From Trichinella spiralis (taxonomy: Eukaryota), in assembly GCF_000181795.1 (NCBI RefSeq), contig NW_003526943.1, positions 7,864,672-7,928,671 of the forward strand: a DNA stretch of 64,000 bases, given 5' to 3'. Position 1 is the first letter of the stretch; every line of letters begins with the position of its first letter. This document shows positions 1 through 12,241 of this stretch, piece after piece. Under the pieces are notes generated by a model. That model worked only from the letters and a program-made list of their open reading frames with translations, had not been told where the DNA came from and did no database searches. The position numbers were made by a program, and so were the translations under genes.

Positions 1-1394
1 TTCAAAGGACTACTGCAACAAGAACAACAGCCGCTGTCTGTTACGATTCCACAATCAACTGACCATTTGATTTCTGAAAAACTAAACAAGAAAACACAAA
101 ATTAAACCGTATTTTATTCAATTTAAAACTGACGTTGTTACAATCATTTAAAAAAAATTCTAAACATATTTATAAACAACAACAAACGAAAACTGTAAAA
201 TCCCTAATTTTACTTAATTAAGTGAAATATATATTATATACTGTACGATTGCGTTAACAATAAAAAGCAAGTCAAGATCAAAAGGAAAAAAAATAAGGCA
301 GGCGCCAATTCAAGAATGATAATTACATTGGCCGATATGACAACGAGAACGGTGTCTGTCTAGCGACACAAACATTTTCCTATATATATATAGCGTGATT
401 GTGGCGCTTAGACATATGGCTGTTTTGTAAAATAGCTTGTGTATATGTGTGCTGTTAGTGCTTGCATCGGTTTGCAAATAAACGATAATGACCAGAGACA
501 TGAATGACCGACAAAAGTGAACCTAACACCGGATGTCACAATATATTACCTTGCAAAATAACTTTTGAATGCTTCAACGGCCGATTCGTCGAAAGTACAG
601 GACTGACTTTCGCCGTAAAAGATCACATAGTGGGCCAATTCTCGCAAACTTCTCCACTCGCCATTTTGCTGGAGCTGCTCTTTCAAATATTTCGACATCT
701 CCATGTGACATGAAGCGCTCAAAGTGTACGGACTCTTCATTCGCATGGACCAAATCGAGTCAACATTACTGTACCGACAGGCAGCAATGAAAAGTGTGCT
801 AATCAAGCGGCGTTTCGTCGGACAGTCCAAAACACTGGACCACATCGATAAGCATTGGTGAAAATGTCCACACATGCATAAAACGATCGCCTTCTGGTAT
901 GTGAAAAAATTTGGAAAGCTTTTCTCCATGACAAGTATATGTTCCAAAAGTTGAATGGCCACTCCTGAGTGAAAATGTTCAAAGTCTTTCAAAAAACACT
1001 GTTCTAAAAGATGCACTGCTTGTTTAATGGTAACTGGATTGTCCAAGCCAGTGTCGAACAAGTAACTGATATAAGAGACTCCAAGCTCAAAATAACAATT
1101 CTCTTCCAGTACTCTGAACACTGCACAATCAACTGTATTTTGCTTATCTGAACTTTCCAACAGCATTGTTCTAAAACAATACCAATCGTCATTGGACACG
1201 ATATCGTTGTGCACAATGTACGAGTGAATTGTTTGGTACAAAGCTTTAGATTTCGAATCCGTACGGAGTACTTGATCCATATCAGTTGAGGTAGAACAAA
1301 ATTTCAACAGGCGACCAGTAAATTGTTTCTCAATTTCAAATCGACGAAACCAACGCAAATCAACAACAAGTCGACGTAAAGCCAACACAAACAT
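1..1394 (-). CDS. PRORP: Mitochondrial protein-only RNase P catalytic subunit (PRORP/MRPP3)-like, 5' part; runs off the left edge
   Basis: Exon 1394-550 starts with a basic, presequence-like N-terminus (MFVLALRRL..WFRR) followed by a helical region. After a GT-AG intron (549-82), exon 81-1 joins in frame to give KSYFASFSEIKWSVDCGIVTDSGCCSCCSSPL. This is in register with the MRPP3 'F.S.....W......V..SG.C..C' zinc-binding segment that precedes the NYN nuclease domain. Confidence 0.8.
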
Positions 1395-1437
1395 ACGACG
1401 ACGCTATCAACTGTTACAGAACTGCTTTCCAACAGTT

Positions 1438-1743
1438 TCAATCGACTCTAAATTTTGGCACTTTACCAACGGTTTCCATTTCTTCTTTGTACTTTTCAAA
1501 GCGATATTTACGATTAAAATGTTCCACCTAAAAAAGTCTATTAGTCATGGAAAATAAGCAACATGGAAAAAAAATTCTGTCAGTTACCCAAGTTCTCCGA
1601 CACGATGCTTCGAAAACGTCTTTCAGAGATTTGCACAACTTTTCGTCGTCCTTATTTGCATCCAGACAAGCAAAAAACTGATCACGAGCTGTCCAGCACT
1701 TCCTTCTTTCATCCAAAAGTGGCACATCAGAAGCTTTGCTCAT
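1438..1743 (-). CDS. COA6: Cytochrome c oxidase assembly factor 6 (COX6B-like fold), 2 exons (1743-1588, 1527-1438)
   Basis: Spliced product MSKASDVPLLDERRKCWTARDQFFACLDANKDDEKLCKSLKDVFEASCRRTW|VEHFNRKYRFEKYKEEMETVGKVPKFRVD* has the CX9C..CX10C pattern and the 'R..CW.ARD.FF.CLD' and 'WV.HF...R' motifs. The intron is a canonical GT-AG of 60 nt. Confidence 0.9.
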
Positions 1744-1855
1744 AAAAGATGATCTCCGTTTGACTTGACTGAAACTAAGCCTGCATTGCAAAGATTACGG
1801 TAGATTTGCAGGTTTTGTTATAAAGTATACTGTAATTTGTTTTATTCCTCAAGTG

Positions 1856-2689
1856 CAGGGGTAGCCAAAGTGGTCGATATCGATCCCTTGGGGTCGATGG
1901 GACTCTCTAAGGGGTCGATAAAGGCTTAGGAGTCCAATGGGGGTCGATGAACTCTGGGATTGAATATGAACTTTGAAATCCCATCTGAGTAATTTATTTC
2001 GTCGAGAACTATTTTGTAACAATAATTTATACTTTTCTGAACTATCAACAGACACTATCAGAAATTAATTTTGCGCGATGCTAAGAGTATTTTCGACTTC
2101 AGGCTAAATTTTCACCACCTTTTCTTACTGGTCGTTTAGACGCCAGTTAGACAAAATGCGGCATTGTTCTAAGAGTTTGATAAATGTGTTGTATGGGCAT
2201 TTGTCTTTCGTCACATCAGATGAATTGGTAAATGCGATTTTATCAAAGCAAAGGAACAGACTGAACCTGGAAATGCGTGGAGACTTGCGTCTGAAACTCA
2301 CCAATTTCCAGCCAAATATCAAGGCCCTTGCAGCTGCTCATCAAACACAACCTTCACATTAACGATGCCAAGCAGTTAAATAAAAAAATATCATAATAGT
2401 TAAATAAAAAATTATCAACTACTTTGAATTTACATGAATACGGCCATTATAAGAACAAATATACAAATTGACAAAAGGATAATTACACGTAAAGGTAAAA
2501 TAAATCTGATAGAGAATCAGTAATTGTGAAAAGGGTAAAGAATAAATTTCATTAAAAATTATGAATTAAAATTTTTGATTAATTAAAAATAAATAAAAGA
2601 GTGATACATTATAATAAAGAAATTTATTATTAAGAATACTTGTTCTATGAGCTTGGGGGTCGATGTTAAAAAAAGTTTGGCTATCCCTG
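1856..2689 (+). mobile_element. Non-autonomous hAT (Buster/Charlie-like) DNA transposon, internally deleted
   Basis: TIRs CAGGGGTAGCCAAA (1856) and TTTGGCTATCCCTG (to 2689). Perfect 8-bp TSD CTCAAGTG at 1848-1855 and 2690-2697. Subterminal GGGGTCGAT repeats at both ends. Residual transposase C-terminus KQRNRLNLEMRGDLRLKLTNFQPNIKALAAAHQTQPSH* ends at 2362. Confidence 0.93.
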
Positions 2690-3279
2690 CTCAAGTGAAT
2701 GGAATCTGTTGAACAGTTGTTACAACATAGATTTGAAATTAAAATTTGTTCAAAAAAGTGTTTTTATTATGCTATAATTATTGCAAAAGAATCTGTTGGA
2801 AATTGAGAACTCTGGCAAACAATTCGAGTCCATGGAGTTGGTTTCATGGCTGAAAGAATCGCGCGTCTGACGTCCCCAGTCCCTATATCATCCGGAGGTT
2901 CTGAATGTTCAGAGAGAGAAATGTGTGCGTGGTGAAGAATGGTGACTGCGCGGCAAAGAGCGAGCGCTGCAGAATGTTCTTGTGCGTGATTCTTGGTATC
3001 ATCTGACATTTATTTATCTCTGCTTGTTGACTAGAATAAAGACAACCAGGACTCAAGGAGTTGTGTATTCTGTGTTGTGCATAGCTTTATTAATTATTCA
3101 TTATTTTAATTAATAGAAGAATGAGTACAATATAGAATGGAATAGTGAAAATGTATACCATAAAGTTTCAAATGAGATATTTTTTATTAATAACCAATAA
3201 AATGAAGAATAATTTATTGTAATAATTGTAAAAAATCAGAACAGAGTTCAAATAATAATAATAAAATAGCAGCGGTTAT

Positions 3280-4641
3280 TCAAAATCGATGCTGTGGTCG
3301 AAAGCTGAATCGTTCGAATATGAGCACAACAAATGAAAGCATATAACTGATCCAGATCAGCTGCAAACAGTCGCTGATTTGCAGAACGGTGATGATCATC
3401 TGCTGTTCAGTGGGGGCATTGTTGAAGTCGGATTTGCCGTTGTCGGCTTGCAGAAGATTTACAGAGATCTGTGTGACGTTCTCTTCGCCTTCGTCGACAA
3501 ACTGTTCGGCGAACACTTTCGACTGACGCTCGGCCACCGCCCATATGATGCTCGACTGAGCCAACGCGACCAAAGTGTTCAATTCCGGGTGTGTGGAACT
3601 GATGCAGTAGAAATACGGCTGGCTAATGATTTCTTCGAATTGGACCACTTGTACTGGCGATGAGCCTTGCAAAATTCGAAAATACGGAACCATGCTGTAG
3701 TAGTCGATGGCGACCAGGCAAGAGTCGGTGCTTTCGAGGCGGATGCGAATTTTCACACGGTTTTCCGAAAGCTCGGCCGGCTGTCGGTTCATCGCCTGCT
3801 TGAGCTGTTGGAGCATGTCTGGCTTGATCGCAGTGGAGAACACTTCCAAGAAAAAATCCTCACCGTACTCGTCGTTGTAGATGAAGTGACAAGAGCCGTC
3901 GATGATGGCTTGGACCAGCTCGTCTGTAGTTTTCAGCGGCACCAGCAGCGGATTGTCGTTTGCATTGTAGGCGGAAATCGACACCAGACTACCGTAGCAG
4001 TTCAAGCACAGAGCGAACATGATCCAGACGACGGCCGCGCCCACATCCCGTCGGTCGACGACGCCGCACAGCGCCACTTTGGCTTCGTCGATCAGCCAGA
4101 CCAGACCGGCGAACATCAGCAACAGCAGCCAGACGTTCCACTGGAACGCCTGCAGCACCATACCTTCGACGAATTTCGACGACGGTGAGCCTTTCATCAG
4201 GAAGACGTACTCGTCGAACCCTTCGAAGAAGAACTTCTCACAGCCGTACTGGAACAATATATTCGCCGGCAAACTGTACGCTGTAATATCGACGCTGTGG
4301 TTGACCGCCATGCTCACCATGACTTCATTGTCCGGCACGATGGTCACTTGTAGCTGGTAATTGATCAAGTCGGCGATCAGTTGTAGAAATAAGATCTCGT
4401 CGCCGGGATTCGGACAATTGTCCAAATCGTCCACGCATTTGCTGACCATCGGGGGCGAGTAAATTGTGGCCGCTTTCAAGATTTTTTTCTGCTCGGACAT
4501 TGGCCGTTGGAAAGGAAAAAATTTGCATGAACTGAACGATTGAAGCGGCGAACTGAAACCAAGCGGAGACTGTTGTTGAACGGAGAGAAGTCGAACGAGA
4601 GAAAACGAGTCAACAATAGAAAAATTGATCCCCCTCCCCAA
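3280..4641 (-). CDS. Divergent ionotropic receptor / iGluR-like membrane protein, single long exon (first ATG at 4500)
   Basis: 453-codon open frame, visibly GC-richer than its flanks. It has an S1-like start (AATIYSPPMV..PG.E..LQLIA), an M1 signature (QAFQWNVWLLLL), an M3-like segment (VWIMFALCLNCYGSLVS), an S2-like region (LKTTDELVQAI..G) and an M4-like C-terminal helix (L.LIWISYMLSFVVLIFER). Confidence 0.7.
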   Translation of the reverse strand: MGRGINFSIVDSFSLVRLLSVQQQSPLGFSSPLQSFSSCKFFPFQRPMSEQKKILKAATIYSPPMVSKCVDDLDNCPNPGDEILFLQLIADLINYQLQVTIVPDNEVMVSMAVNHSVDITAYSLPANILFQYGCEKFFFEGFDEYVFLMKGSPSSKFVEGMVLQAFQWNVWLLLLMFAGLVWLIDEAKVALCGVVDRRDVGAAVVWIMFALCLNCYGSLVSISAYNANDNPLLVPLKTTDELVQAIIDGSCHFIYNDEYGEDFFLEVFSTAIKPDMLQQLKQAMNRQPAELSENRVKIRIRLESTDSCLVAIDYYSMVPYFRILQGSSPVQVVQFEEIISQPYFYCISSTHPELNTLVALAQSSIIWAVAERQSKVFAEQFVDEGEENVTQISVNLLQADNGKSDFNNAPTEQQMIITVLQISDCLQLIWISYMLSFVVLIFERFSFRPQHRF

Positions 4642-5064
4642 CCCTCCACACCACCTCTCCCATCCTATACTTTAGTCAAGTTTATTCCATGCACACGTCA
4701 AAAAAGTCGATAATAATATTTGGTGCTGCAAATTGATATCCATTATTTAAAGCGGAACACGAAATTATTTGCCACATCAATAATACTTGGTTTTTTTTAC
4801 AATACGCACGTTTTAATCTAATGACGACGAACAATTAATTAACTTATTAATCGTGTTCATTTCAACAGATCATCCTTTTTTGAGTTCTATTTATTTTCTC
4901 TTATTATTTAAACAAAAAAAAATAAATATATAATTAATGTAAATACATAAATGCATACGCGCGCGCGTGTGTGTGTGAATTATATAAAAAATTTGTTTTG
5001 TTTGTTTCCACATACGGTAAGCTTCAGTGAAAGTGGAGGAAATAATAAATGAAAAGAAAAATTA

Positions 5065-8000
5065 TCATATTGTTCGACGATAATGCGGAAGTTGAGTGGA
5101 ATTGTCGGTCATCATGTGATTGATTAGAGGCACTTTTCGACGTAACAACAATGTCAACAATTTAACACGTCTTTCTGGCAGAAAATACGAAACCAACAAA
5201 TTAACTATGTAAAGAACAGCTAAAACAGAGACAACAATAAAAAGAAAATACAGCAACAAATTCCCATTGACAATGTAAATTTCTCGGGGATATTTTTTCT
5301 CAGCTAAAAACGACAACCTGCGATACTGCTTTCTCATTTCAGCAAATCTGAAAGAAGCATTTAAAAAATAATAACAATAATGTTTTCTGTTTTCAAGCAA
5401 TAAATAATATTCACTTCAAAGGCAGGTGACGCAAACGGTACAGAATTGCTCCAAGCGTCCACTGAATTTCTTGGCCAGCCATTGTTAATACGGAATAAAA
5501 GTTGGATACATCTTCGGGAAATTTCAATCCAATGTGCAAAAGTGCACTTGCCCAAGCCGATTTGAAGCATTGCGTACTAGAAGCAATAAAAATGAAAACA
5601 AACATTAATAATAATATTAATAATAGTCAAACTAATCACCGAATTCTACTGGTATCGGCATTGAGGTATTGTTTACGTCTAAATCGATTCCAAATTGTCG
5701 TCCAATTTAAACTGCAAAACTCCTGACAAACAAAAAATGGAAAAATTATTTTCCATTAAAATTCAATGAACTATTATTATAATTTTGCTGTACACACCGA
5801 TGCGGCATTCTTAAGCCGAAGCTTATCATAACGACCACCGAGACCAAAAATGTCATTGGTCGAGTGCCAATATTCAGAGATGCCGTAAAATTCAGCATTA
5901 GACGAATCCAACCCTGGCAAAGGTATCCCTTCCAAAAAGCACTGCGCATTCTGATGTGACGTTGAACAAGTCACGTTCGACTGGATCAACCGACTAACAG
6001 CATCGTAACATTCATTGAAGCAACCTCTGCCTTGGCGAATCAAATCCTCACTGGGTCCTTCTGATTTATCCGTCGACATTTGTTCAATAAGGCCGTTTGG
6101 CAAGCAACAATCCGACAACAGCGTTGAATTTCTAAAAAAAACAGAATTTTCTTCACTTCTATTCATTCCACTTTAATCACGTTTAAAATGAAACGACAAT
6201 GTATAGAGCTAATAACAAAAATGTGCAATCAATGTGTATTTCATGTGATTGATACACATTGATAATGTCTTTTAATGAAAACCAATAAATCAACTAACAA
6301 TAACTTCTACAAACAACTTGTGTTGAAAACATGAATTCGAAAATATTTCGACCGTTTCGCTTACTTGCTTGGATCTTTGTGCAAAATGGTACTGGTATTG
6401 GCCAACCATTTTTTGTAACGTTCAATTCCAACGTTGGCTCCATAGCCCAGGTAAGTGTTCGCAAATACCGTATATTTGTGAGATACTGATGCATCATCGT
6501 TGCCCAAATTCAGCTCTTCATACAATTCCGACTGTGACCAATAAAACATACGTGAATTATAAAATGAATAAACAAATAAAAACATACAATCACAATCTCA
6601 CGTGCAAGTTGGTGTTGTTGTTCTGGGTTGGCTGTTTCACTTCGTAAGCAATTTGCAATGACGCACCCCCCAGATCGACAATGCCAGCAGTAGAAGAACT
6701 GCAAGTTTTCTTTTGCACCGTCATATCCACGTTGGATGCAGTTTTATTGCAGCTGAATCTTCCGAGAACATAATTGATGGTTATCCATGCGTAAATACCC
6801 TCCCAGCGACCGTTGATCACCTCCAAATTCTCACTGCTAACCACAAAATCGTACAACTTTGGCAAAGTGGAACGTAGCTCTTCGATAATTGCATTCGATT
6901 CTCTTTAAAAAAAAAGGGCAAAAATTAATAACTAACTTAATTGAACAAAAAAAATTTCATAATCAATAAACGAAACAGCATGGCTTTTATACTCTGCAGG
7001 CAAAAGTCGCATGCCGGCAGTTGCCAACACAAAAAGTGATGTTTGCTTGATGCGATCGACAGGAATGTGCTTTATGGACGAATCGATCAAATCTTTCATA
7101 TATTTTACTGCATCTTTGGGCTTTTTGGCAAAAGAGGACAATCCTGAATTCTCAATATTACATTTCAATTAATTTGAAATTTTCAAAACCACTCTCTTCA
7201 AAGTACCTGGATTTTTTTTCTTCACTATTGGACGGCCGAACTCGTCCAACAGCGGTTCCACTCGCATCAATTCATCCGACGAATGGCCACTCAAATCACA
7301 CCAGTACAAAAATAATCTGGAACCACTGCTGCCAGCATCCACCACCATCACATAATGAACAACATCTGTTAAAATGACAATATTCGTCATGACATCGTGA
7401 GAAAAACGGTATAATTTATTTTCCCACACCAATTTTATAAACAAAAACGAAAAAATATCACAAATAACTCAATAAATAAATATCGTTGTGCAATATCTGT
7501 GTTATGATTTGTCATTTCAACAACAATAAAAGTACCACTATCGTTACTGTTAAGAGAAAACAGTCATTAAACGAAACATTTTCAGAAGCATCATACAAAA
7601 AACAACTGCACTGCATTTGAAGGAAAAAAACAATCAGCTTCACAAAAATATAATCACATTTTAAAATTAGTTCAACCTCTCCGCAAAACATATCAATGTA
7701 AAAAAATATTCTTAATAATAATGCTAAAATTTTTAACAAAACTCACTTTTCACCCCAAATGTTATTTTTAACTGGTTTACAATACCAAATGTATCGCAAA
7801 AAAATTTCACTTATTTTAAAATCATTTTAATTTACTTAATTTCACTCGTTACACTGCATATAAAAACTGATCAACACAATTTTGATAAGTTGTAGCAAAC
7901 AATTTTCCATGTAAATTTTATTATATAAAAAAGTTCAGCTGAAAAAAATCTAACTTTGTACATTTCATTCTGAATACTAAATTACCACAACAGACATACA

Positions 8001-9226
8001 ACTACATTAATTAAAAGTAATAAAATGTGAATTTAAAAAATAATGTTTAAAACGTCTTAACTGCAAAACTTTTCGCAAAACAAACAATTAAATATTCAAA
8101 AAATATTTTACATTTTTCAAAACTATCACTCAATGCAATAAAATGATAATAAACTTTATTTTTAATTGATCAATTTCATAAAGTCAACCCATTCAGAATT
8201 GAAAATCAACCGGAAAAATTAATTTATGCCTCCGGTTGTACAGCATCAAATTGGTCATAAATTTCAATGAATCAGCTAAAACAAATTTCCCGTAACACCT
8301 GATTTTCCATATTATCAAAAACATGTATTTTATTGATATAAAAAACCGTTTGAAAAATCAAATCATTTAATCAATCATCATATAAACCTCGCTATTTTTC
8401 ACTTTAAAAGTTGTACAAAAATACATCACCCCACTTACTAAAAGTGCAAAATGTTAATAATGAAAATTCACAAATAAATGTCACCAATAAAACATACGTT
8501 TGAACTATTGCATCATTGCATGTAGAGAAGGAAAGAATTATCACAAAGATTACATTAGCATTAAATTAAAAACAACCCAAACCTAAATGCCAAGGAAATG
8601 ACAACGCATTATTTTTCCTTTATCTTCCGCTTATGTGAGGTAATTAAAAAAGTTTAAATAATGTCTTAAATGCAGATTTAATATTTTGATTCAAGAAAAC
8701 AGTAATATTGTCAAATCTTTTACAAAATTAATCTTTATCTCTAAAAAGATAATTGCATATAAAATATAAAATTTCAACCTCGTCGATACTTCATTCACGA
8801 CGGATCGGATATATAAACAACAAATGGAATGCTAAGCTATTCAATCACAAATATCAATTCTATAATTATAAAAATTTGTTAAGTTTTCATTTTCTAACCT
8901 CATAAACAAAATTAAAACGTTCATCTAACATTTCAGTGTTTCAAATATCACTAATAAATAATAATAATAATTTTATTAACATTCTCCATAAATGAAATGC
9001 AATTAATTAATTAAACGTATGAAATATAATTTCAAAAATTGCAATACACGGTCTAAAAATAAAAAGAAACGTACCAAAAAGTACACTAACCTTGATCGAG
9101 TAGTTCATTGAACCTGGGAAGCACTATTTGCGATTTTTTTTGTAGAAGAACTGAACAACTGTACAAAAGAAAACAAATACTAAATAACAGTATAATCGGC
9201 GATATCCTTCGGAAGTTCCATCTCAT
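5065..9226 (-). CDS. Nucleoside triphosphate diphosphohydrolase (GDA1/CD39 apyrase family; ENTPD4/7- or MIG-23-like), multi-exon
   Basis: Exon 1 (9226-~9091) encodes MRWNFRRISPIILLFSICFLL.. (N-terminal TM). Apyrase conserved regions are present: ACR1 VVDAGSSGSR, ACR2 ATAGMRLL, ACR3 INGRWEGIYAWITINY, ACR4 DLGGASLQ, plus TYLGYGAN and ACR5 QWTLGA. There is a C-terminal TM in the 5065-5350 exon. Confidence 0.92.
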
Positions 9227-9807
9227 CTCTGTCTTCAAATAAACCATGCAGCCCGTTTGACAAATTCAGCATCTAATAACTGCTTTTGGCATTGTACAGC
9301 GAAGCGTTTTAAAGTAAAACTAAACAAATATTAAAATGTCAAAAAAGGGCACAAGCAAATTGTAAAAAGTGTAAATGATAAGAAATAAAATTATCATGAA
9401 AGAATGTATAAGCTAAAAATACTTATGCTAAAAAAGTAACAGTAAAAAAAGGAATCAGTGCCATATGGCAATTCATTTTACACATTTGAACCTAACACAA
9501 CATACATTACAGTATACCAAAACGTAAAATACAAGATCAAATTTAAGCCCATAGGTTTATTTAGTCCATTATGAATGTTTGAATTACACACAGTTCCATA
9601 AGATTTAATTTTAATAAATTAAATTAATAAAGTTATCACTTTAATTTTAATTACATAAAAATTGATTTTAATTCTTTTATCTTTTACTTACTTTATTTCA
9701 TGAAAAAAAGAGATTTATAATAAAAATTTTATAACTCGTGTTGGAATTTTTATTAGTTTTATTACTAACTTGCATCTCGCAGTTTTATAAATAAACTTTC
9801 ACTGCTA

Positions 9808-9889
9808 CGCTGCGAGTAGGATTTGAACCTACGCGGGAATATCCCATTGGATTTCAAGTCCAACGCCTTAACCACTCGGCCATCGCAGC
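9808..9889 (-). tRNA. tRNA-Ser(UGA)
   Basis: GCTGCGATGGCCGAGTGGTTAAGGCGTTGGAC-TTGAAAT-CCAATGGGATATTCCCGCGTAGGTTCAAATCCTACTCGCAGCG: paired acceptor stem, long variable arm, anticodon TGA. Confidence 0.95.
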
Positions 9890-11017
9890 GCTGTGTAGTT
9901 TTGTTGCGAAACGTTTAATCTATAGATTGAAACTAAAAGTAAAAATTGTTGTGATGTACAAATTTTAGTATTTGCGTTTTTATTCTATGCTTTTTATGTT
10001 TGTCATTTTCTGCAAATGAATAATTATTCATCTGTAGCTTTTTGCTTTCAATCTTCATTTTCTGAATATAATTTCAAGTGATACATAATTTTAATATAAA
10101 ATTAATAATTATTGCCGTTTTAGGTAGTAATTTTTTTACGCCTGCGTGGAATTTCTTGAACATCGGTCCAGCATACTCTCTAGAATGCTGGATTTAGAAA
10201 TTTGTGATTGAAATTATTGCCTTCTTGAAACGCTAATGCACTTAGCAATCATCCTGCATTTTCTTCACTTTCTATGACTGACCGTTGGCTTGACTAGCAG
10301 TGCAGTCACAAACCATTTTTGTGCTGATGCAATTTTTGCAAGCATCTGAAGTTTTGTAATCAACTGATTTTTTGTATTTTCTACTATCCACAGAATATAC
10401 ACCCACTGTGAGTGCAGCTGCAAGTCATCATACTATGAAAATCTTTCCCACAATTTAGGCTTTTTAATATCACGCGAGTAATGAGAGGCTACAGAGATGA
10501 TAGAGTGTGTTATTATTTTCCTCTTTGTGAGCTTCCTTGAAATAATACTGTTTCTTGTTTGTCTTGGAAATCTTTGGTATTTTTTTCTGAACATTTGTGC
10601 ATATATTTATACTTGTTTGTAAATTTTGAACATTTTTAGTTTCTAAGTACTGTTCTGCTACTTATTATTTATTTGTTTCGAGACATTTTATTTTTTGCAG
10701 ATCAATTAATTACCAAAGCCTTTTCCTGAAGAATACATAACAGGTTGTTTACTTGCATGTGTGAATATGGTTGATTGTTTTCCTCAAGCAGTTTTTTGAA
10801 CGGTATTCTTATGGTGAAGTTTAAATTCGATTTTGATTAAATTTTTAAAAAAGTTGAAAGTTTATTTTTGAAAATCCTTTTGAATTGGCAGTGAAGATTC
10901 CTATTTCCGGAAAGAGACGTTGGTGTACGTTTGTTTTATTTATCATGAACATGATTTATTAAAATAATGCATTCAACAAATGTATTGCTAATAGCAGCGG
11001 TGTTTATTTAGCAGAAT

Positions 11018-11468
11018 TCATTTCGTTTTAAAATAATTAAGAATGTAACTCTGCAAAACAGGCAGCGGAGGAGAAAATCCAGTAACATGTGGATTATCTT
11101 CAAAAGCTATGAGATATTCAGTAAAAGGATCTTGTGGCTGTTGGAAAACTATATTTTTATAAAAGCAGCTTGTTTGTGGGTAGAGCGCCAGGACAAGAAA
11201 ATTTAAAGGAAATACTGTTTCTGGATAGTGATGTGGATTGCAAAGATAAACAAGCAATGGTATAACTTACGGCGACTAATACTTTATTCTTCTTCGTCTG
11301 TGTCTTCAACAGTGTATTTTGCTTAAGCACTGTTATAAAATTTAACCTGAAATTGGAAACAATAAAAAACAAAGAATTAATAAAATGTATACCAACCTCA
11401 GCAAGAATCCAGTTCTCACCTCCTTTGGCATTTTTAACTCTTGCAGCAACTGGATCCGTTTTCTGCAC
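11018..11468 (-). pseudogene. SGF29: SGF29 (SAGA tandem-Tudor subunit) pseudogene fragment
   Basis: Motifs VAARVK..KGGENWILAE|V, KYTVED.DEE, SRRK.IPL, VLALYPQTSCFY and YLIAFEDN.H.TGFSPPLPVLQSYI match the SGF29 Tudor domains. Exon 2 has two in-frame TAA stops (SA*AKY, EEE*SI) and a frameshift near 11265. One intron is retained and no N-terminal half was seen. Confidence 0.85.
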
Positions 11469-11744
11469 TGATTACTTCTTAAATGTAATGTGGCGAAAAT
11501 TCAGAAAATAGTGTTAGGATCAATGAAATATACCGAGCACAAATTATTTTACAACATAAAATAAAAACAATAAAACCAAATTATTAATTCTGGAAAAAGT
11601 CTAAAATAAAGTTATCAAAACGAAGATCACCAACAAAGCAATTACTGAAATATCCATTCTTCTGCTGTGAAGACGAAGGTCTTCTATGGTACAATTATGA
11701 AATCGCATAAAATCATGCTTTCGAGAAAGGTTATTCCAAGATAG

Positions 11745-11826
11745 CGCTGCGAATAGGATTTGAACCTACGCGGGAATATCCCAATGGATTTCAAGTCCAA
11801 CGCCTTAACCACTGGGCCATTGCAAC
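11745..11826 (-). tRNA. tRNA-Ser(UGA), degenerate second copy (possible pseudogene)
   Basis: Near-copy of 9808-9889 with substitutions. The acceptor stem GTTGCAA/TCGCAGC has an A-C mismatch and an extra G-U pair, and there are changes in the D arm and T stem. Confidence 0.75.
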
Positions 11827-12168
11827 ATTTGATGTCCAACGCAACTAATAAGTTTTTTTATTTACATAAAAAACATCAAATCGATTTATATAAAAATTTA
11901 ATAGATATGATATTTAAAATAATTTATGAAGAATATCATTTTTCATGATTTAAGTTTGTCAGTATTTAATGTTTATCTGTCTGAAACTTAAATTTTATAA
12001 TAAAATCCAAAAGTATAAAATAACAGTTTGAATGTCTATGTTATGGGATAAGATAAACAGGAAGAAGAAATATTAAAAATTAATCGAATATTACATTTTT
12101 ACGTTAGAAAATGTTTTTATTATTTAAATCACTGAAATTACATTTATTGAAGATGATTAAAATCTTCG

Positions 12169-12241
12169 TGCTCTCACCTGGGCTCGAACCAGGGACCTTC
12201 TGCGTGTGAAGCAGACGTGATAACCACTACACTACGAGAGC
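12169..12241 (-). tRNA. tRNA-Val(CAC)
   Basis: GCTCTCGTAGTGTAGTGGTTATCACGTCTGC-TTCACAC-GCAGAAGGTCCCTGGTTCGAGCCCAGGTGAGAGCA, 73-nt cloverleaf. Confidence 0.95.

Noticed and set aside
2767..3009. 80-aa minus-strand ORF
   Set aside because: No recognisable motif or supporting exon structure; cannot be supported without expression data.
3379..4528. Overlapping ORFs on the IR-like gene (3379+, 3667+, 4019+, 4325-)
   Set aside because: Shadow frames of a GC-rich coding sequence with no recognisable motifs.
10100..10960. Possible pseudogene between tRNA-Ser and SGF29
   Set aside because: All frames examined are interrupted and no family could be recognised.
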